From Bacteroidota bacterium (GTDB lineage Bacteria > Bacteroidota > Bacteroidia > UBA4408): a DNA stretch of 64,000 nucleotides. Under the pieces are notes generated by a model. That model saw only the letters and a program-made list of their open reading frames with translations, did not search any database and was not told the DNA's origin. Below, in pieces: positions 61,219 to 64,000 of the stretch. The stretch's first letter is position 1. Every line of letters begins with the position of its first letter. The stretch covers positions 800,409-864,408 of the forward strand of contig JADKHO010000004.1 of NCBI GenBank assembly GCA_016721765.1. The letters run 5' to 3'. A program made the position numbers and the translations under genes.

Positions 61219-62262
61219 ATGGGAAATGGTGTGGCTACCATCGAACACAAATTAATTTTGAATGAACGGGAAGATACACGCACCAAAACATTGGCTTGGT
61301 TTAACTCTTACCGCAACGATGCTGAAAAGTTGGCCAATTCAGATAAACTCCTGTTTGGGGCCTATGACGATGACTTTTCTGAATCCTATCAAAGTGTGGT
61401 AAACTTGGAAGATTCATTGGGTACACATTTTCCGGTAATTCACATTTATACCGCTTGGGGTAGCAAGCCCGAAGAAGAATTTCCAATGACTCAAACTAAA
61501 GCCATTTTGGATATTGGCTCAGTTCCGGTAATCACTTGGGAGCCCTGGTTGGCTGATTTTGATAAAGCCGATTTTCCTAAGATTCCGGATGTGGACAAGC
61601 GCGATAAGAACGGTTTAAAATCAATTGCCAAAGGCGATTACGATGCCTATATTACTACATGTGCAGCAGCTGCAAAAGAGGTTGGAAAATTATTTTTTGT
61701 GCGTTTGGGCCACGAAATGAACGATCCATATCGCTATCCATGGGGCCCACAAAACAATAAACCTATTGATTTTATTCATGCTTGGCAGCATGTGGTGAGC
61801 TTATTTAAAAAAGCAGGTGCCACAAATGTTATTTGGATTTGGTCGCCGCACCCTGCTTATGCAAACTATGATGCCTATTACCCGGGCGATGGTTACGTGG
61901 ATTGGGTGGGTGTTGGAACCTTGAATTATGGTACTGTAGCAACTTGGAGCAAGTGGTGGAGCTTTGATGAAATTTTTGGAAATTATTATGCACAACTTTC
62001 TAAATTTAAAAAGCCCATTATGATTACTGAATTCGGAAGCTTAGGAGTGGGTGGAAACCGCGCTAAATGGTACAAAGATGCCTTAACAGATATGCCTATA
62101 AAATATCCTGAAATAAAATCGGTCATCTTTTTTCACTGCAAAAATGATAATACCACTACTTACAAAGCACTCGATTGGTATATTAAAGATGATACACTAA
62201 CCTTAAGTGCAATTAGAAATGCGACACATAATTTTTCGCCTTTGATATTGTCGCGGGAGTAA
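61219..62262 (+). CDS. Clan GH-A glycoside hydrolase, GH26-like (beta-mannanase / beta-glycanase family)
   Basis: An acid/base motif FVRLGHEMND and a nucleophile motif MITEFGS, plus the WIWSPHP region typical of GH26. The ORF as called has no signal peptide. A TM-anchor ORF overlaps it upstream in another frame (see findings). Confidence 0.65.
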   Translation: MGNGVATIEHKLILNEREDTRTKTLAWFNSYRNDAEKLANSDKLLFGAYDDDFSESYQSVVNLEDSLGTHFPVIHIYTAWGSKPEEEFPMTQTKAILDIGSVPVITWEPWLADFDKADFPKIPDVDKRDKNGLKSIAKGDYDAYITTCAAAAKEVGKLFFVRLGHEMNDPYRYPWGPQNNKPIDFIHAWQHVVSLFKKAGATNVIWIWSPHPAYANYDAYYPGDGYVDWVGVGTLNYGTVATWSKWWSFDEIFGNYYAQLSKFKKPIMITEFGSLGVGGNRAKWYKDALTDMPIKYPEIKSVIFFHCKNDNTTTYKALDWYIKDDTLTLSAIRNATHNFSPLILSRE

Positions 62263-62297
62263 GCCAATTTTGCGAAAACGAATAAGTACGCTGCATA

Positions 62298-62774
62298 TTC
62301 GCTCAAATCTTGCGAGTATAAGCTATTCCCAAGCCTCCGACTACTTCAAATTCGCTCGCATCTTGTGAGTGTAAGCTATACCAAAGCCTCCGGCTACTTC
62401 AAATTCGCTCAAATCTTGCGAGTGTAAGCTATACCAAAGCCTCCGGCAACTTCAAATTCGCTCGCATCTTGCGAGTGTACGCTATACCCTTGCCTCCGGC
62501 AACTTCAAATTCGCTCGCATCTTGCGAGTGTAAGCTATAACCAAGCCTCCGGCAACTTCAAATTCGCTCGTATCTTGCGAGTGTAAGCTATACCCAAGCC
62601 TCCGGCAACTTCAAATTCGCTCGTATCTTGCGAGTGTAAGCTATACCCAAGCCTCCGGCAACTTCAAATTCGCTCGCATCTTGCGAGTGTAAGCTATTCC
62701 CAAGCCTCCGGCTACTTCAAATTCGCTCGCATCTTCCGAGTGTAAGCTATTCCCAAGCCTCCGGCTTAATACTT
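62298..62774. repeat. Intergenic tandem repeat, 9 units of 53 bp
   Basis: Unit ttcgctcgcatcttgcgagtgtaagctatacccaagcctccggcaacttcaaa starts at 62298 and recurs every 53 bp, with point variants. Each unit contains a small hairpin ctcgca-tct-tgcgag. Confidence 0.9.
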
Positions 62775-62870
62775 ACCCCATTTAAAAACGACAAAAATTA
62801 AATAAAATCCAAATTCATAACCAAATACTACACATCATCTCAATAATGAAAATACGTTCATAAATTCCCT

Positions 62871-63848
62871 TTGCACCTTCGGCAAATTATGCCTAAAATT
62901 GCACCCGCAAAAAAATCCAAACTTTTATCCACAATGAGTGAATCAAATCCTGCCGGTACGCAAGATTTAACAGTTGAGAGTCCAGTAATAGCCACAAGTA
63001 AAATTGGTGACTATGTGATGTTTGTAAAACTGCGTTTGGCAACTTTGGTGGTTATGTCGGCCGCTATTTGCTTTATGTTGGCTTCCGATGTAATCGATTT
63101 TCAAAAACTTGGTTTTTTAATTCTGGGTGGTTTCTTAGTGACTGCATCCAGTAATGGATTCAATCAAATTATTGAACGTAAGCTCGATAAATTAATGAAT
63201 CGCACTTCCAATCGACCACTTCCCACAGGAAGAATGAGTTTGAATGAAGCTTATGCCATAGCAATCATTACCGGTGTGGTGGGAATTGCTATTCTTTGGT
63301 TTTTTATGAATCCATTAAGTGGATTATTAGGTACCTTGGCTTTGTTTCTGTATGTCGTGGTGTATACACCTCTAAAATTAAAAACTCCCTTTGCTGTATT
63401 TGTAGGAGCTTTTCCGGGAGCTATTCCTCCGATGTTGGGATGGATTGCTGCAACCAACAACATAACTGCCATCGAACCTTGGATACTTTTTTCGGTGCAG
63501 TTTATGTGGCAGTTTCCACACTTTTGGGCCATTGCCTGGGTGTTGGATGACGATTACAAAAAAGCTGGTTTCCGCATGTTGCCTTCTGCCGGAGGACGTG
63601 ATAAAGCGAGTGCATTTCAAGTATTGGTGTATACCTTATTTTTAGTTCCTATTAGTTTAATGCCTATTTTCTTTGGCATTTCAGGAAGTATTTCAGCAAT
63701 TATTATTACGCTTTGCGGCGTGCTTTTTTCGCTTCAAGCAATTAAATTATTTCGCACGTGCACCTTAAAAGCTGCGCAACAACTCATGTTTGGCTCCTTT
63801 GCTTATTTGCCTTTGGTGCAATTGGCCTTATTATTTGATAAAGTATAA
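62871..63848 (+). CDS. cyoE: Protoheme IX farnesyltransferase (heme o synthase), UbiA family
   Basis: 325 aa with 8-9 TMs. UbiA-family Asp-rich motifs (NQIIERKLDKLMNRTSNRPLPTG, ..DDYKKAG..). Confidence 0.85.
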   Translation: MHLRQIMPKIAPAKKSKLLSTMSESNPAGTQDLTVESPVIATSKIGDYVMFVKLRLATLVVMSAAICFMLASDVIDFQKLGFLILGGFLVTASSNGFNQIIERKLDKLMNRTSNRPLPTGRMSLNEAYAIAIITGVVGIAILWFFMNPLSGLLGTLALFLYVVVYTPLKLKTPFAVFVGAFPGAIPPMLGWIAATNNITAIEPWILFSVQFMWQFPHFWAIAWVLDDDYKKAGFRMLPSAGGRDKASAFQVLVYTLFLVPISLMPIFFGISGSISAIIITLCGVLFSLQAIKLFRTCTLKAAQQLMFGSFAYLPLVQLALLFDKV

Positions 63849-63851
63849 ACA

Positions 63852-64000
63852 ATGAATAGCTCCTACGCTTTGAATTACAACGAGAAACAAGAAATCCGAA
63901 ACAAAACCGCCAAACCCATGCTTTATATTGCCATTGGCAGTATGGTAATGCTTTTTGGCGGATTAACCAGCGCTTATGTAGTGCGACATGCCGAAGGAAA
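63852..64000 (+). CDS. Partial CDS (3' end beyond the window): probable heme-copper oxidase subunit III-like membrane protein
   Basis: Starts 3 nt after the cyoE stop. The N-terminus MNSSYALNYNEKQEIRNKTAKPMLYIAIGSMVMLFGGLTSAYVV resembles the first TM of Bacteroidota cytochrome c oxidase subunit III proteins. It is truncated by the window edge. Confidence 0.45.
   Translation, partial: MNSSYALNYNEKQEIRNKTAKPMLYIAIGSMVMLFGGLTSAYVVRHAEG

Noticed and set aside
1-64000. Mobile genetic element or genomic island (transposase, integrase, tRNA-adjacent insertion) and classic defence systems (R-M, TA pairs, Cas)
   Set aside because: No transposase, integrase, recombinase, tRNA, restriction or modification enzyme, or nuclease-helicase pairs were recognised anywhere in the window. 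Accessory content is limited to the features described.

Overview
This 64 kb window reads as a low-GC (~38%) chromosomal segment of a Bacteroidota genome, most likely Flavobacteriia or Sphingobacteriia, judging from its type IX secretion (T9SS) genes, fused SecDF and PlsY. Most of it is housekeeping: split transketolase, MgtE, a cysteine desulfurase, TsaE, HisS, a fused E1 alpha/beta dehydrogenase, PlsY, PrmA, TpiA, PssA, PurS, LptB, PdxH, SecDF, RluA, heme o synthase. Several accessory features are interspersed:

- **Putative exopolysaccharide locus (57986-62262).** A three-gene synthase-dependent-type cassette: a TPR/beta-barrel outer-membrane protein, a processive family-2 glycosyltransferase, and a GH26-like clan GH-A hydrolase. 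Both flanking genes look disrupted, one by an in-frame TAA and the other by a 1-nt frame change. This is the most interesting candidate system in the window.
- **Metallo-beta-lactamase.** An intact chromosomal subclass B1 enzyme.
- **T9SS pair.** Adjacent PorV and PorU, with PorU unusually long at 1697 aa.
- **Tandem-repeat arrays.** Three unrelated intergenic arrays: 5 units of about 51 bp, 5 units of about 86 bp that are near-palindromic, and 9 units of 53 bp.
- **Direct repeats around mgtE.** Identical 17-bp TGATTAGCTGATTAGCT repeats bracket mgtE, and mgtE plus a vWA-domain gene sits between the two halves of the split transketolase.
- **Giant secreted protein.** A 1506 aa protein of unknown function.

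No transposase, integrase, CRISPR or tRNA was seen. Every call is from reading the sequence and recalling family motifs; no database search was run.
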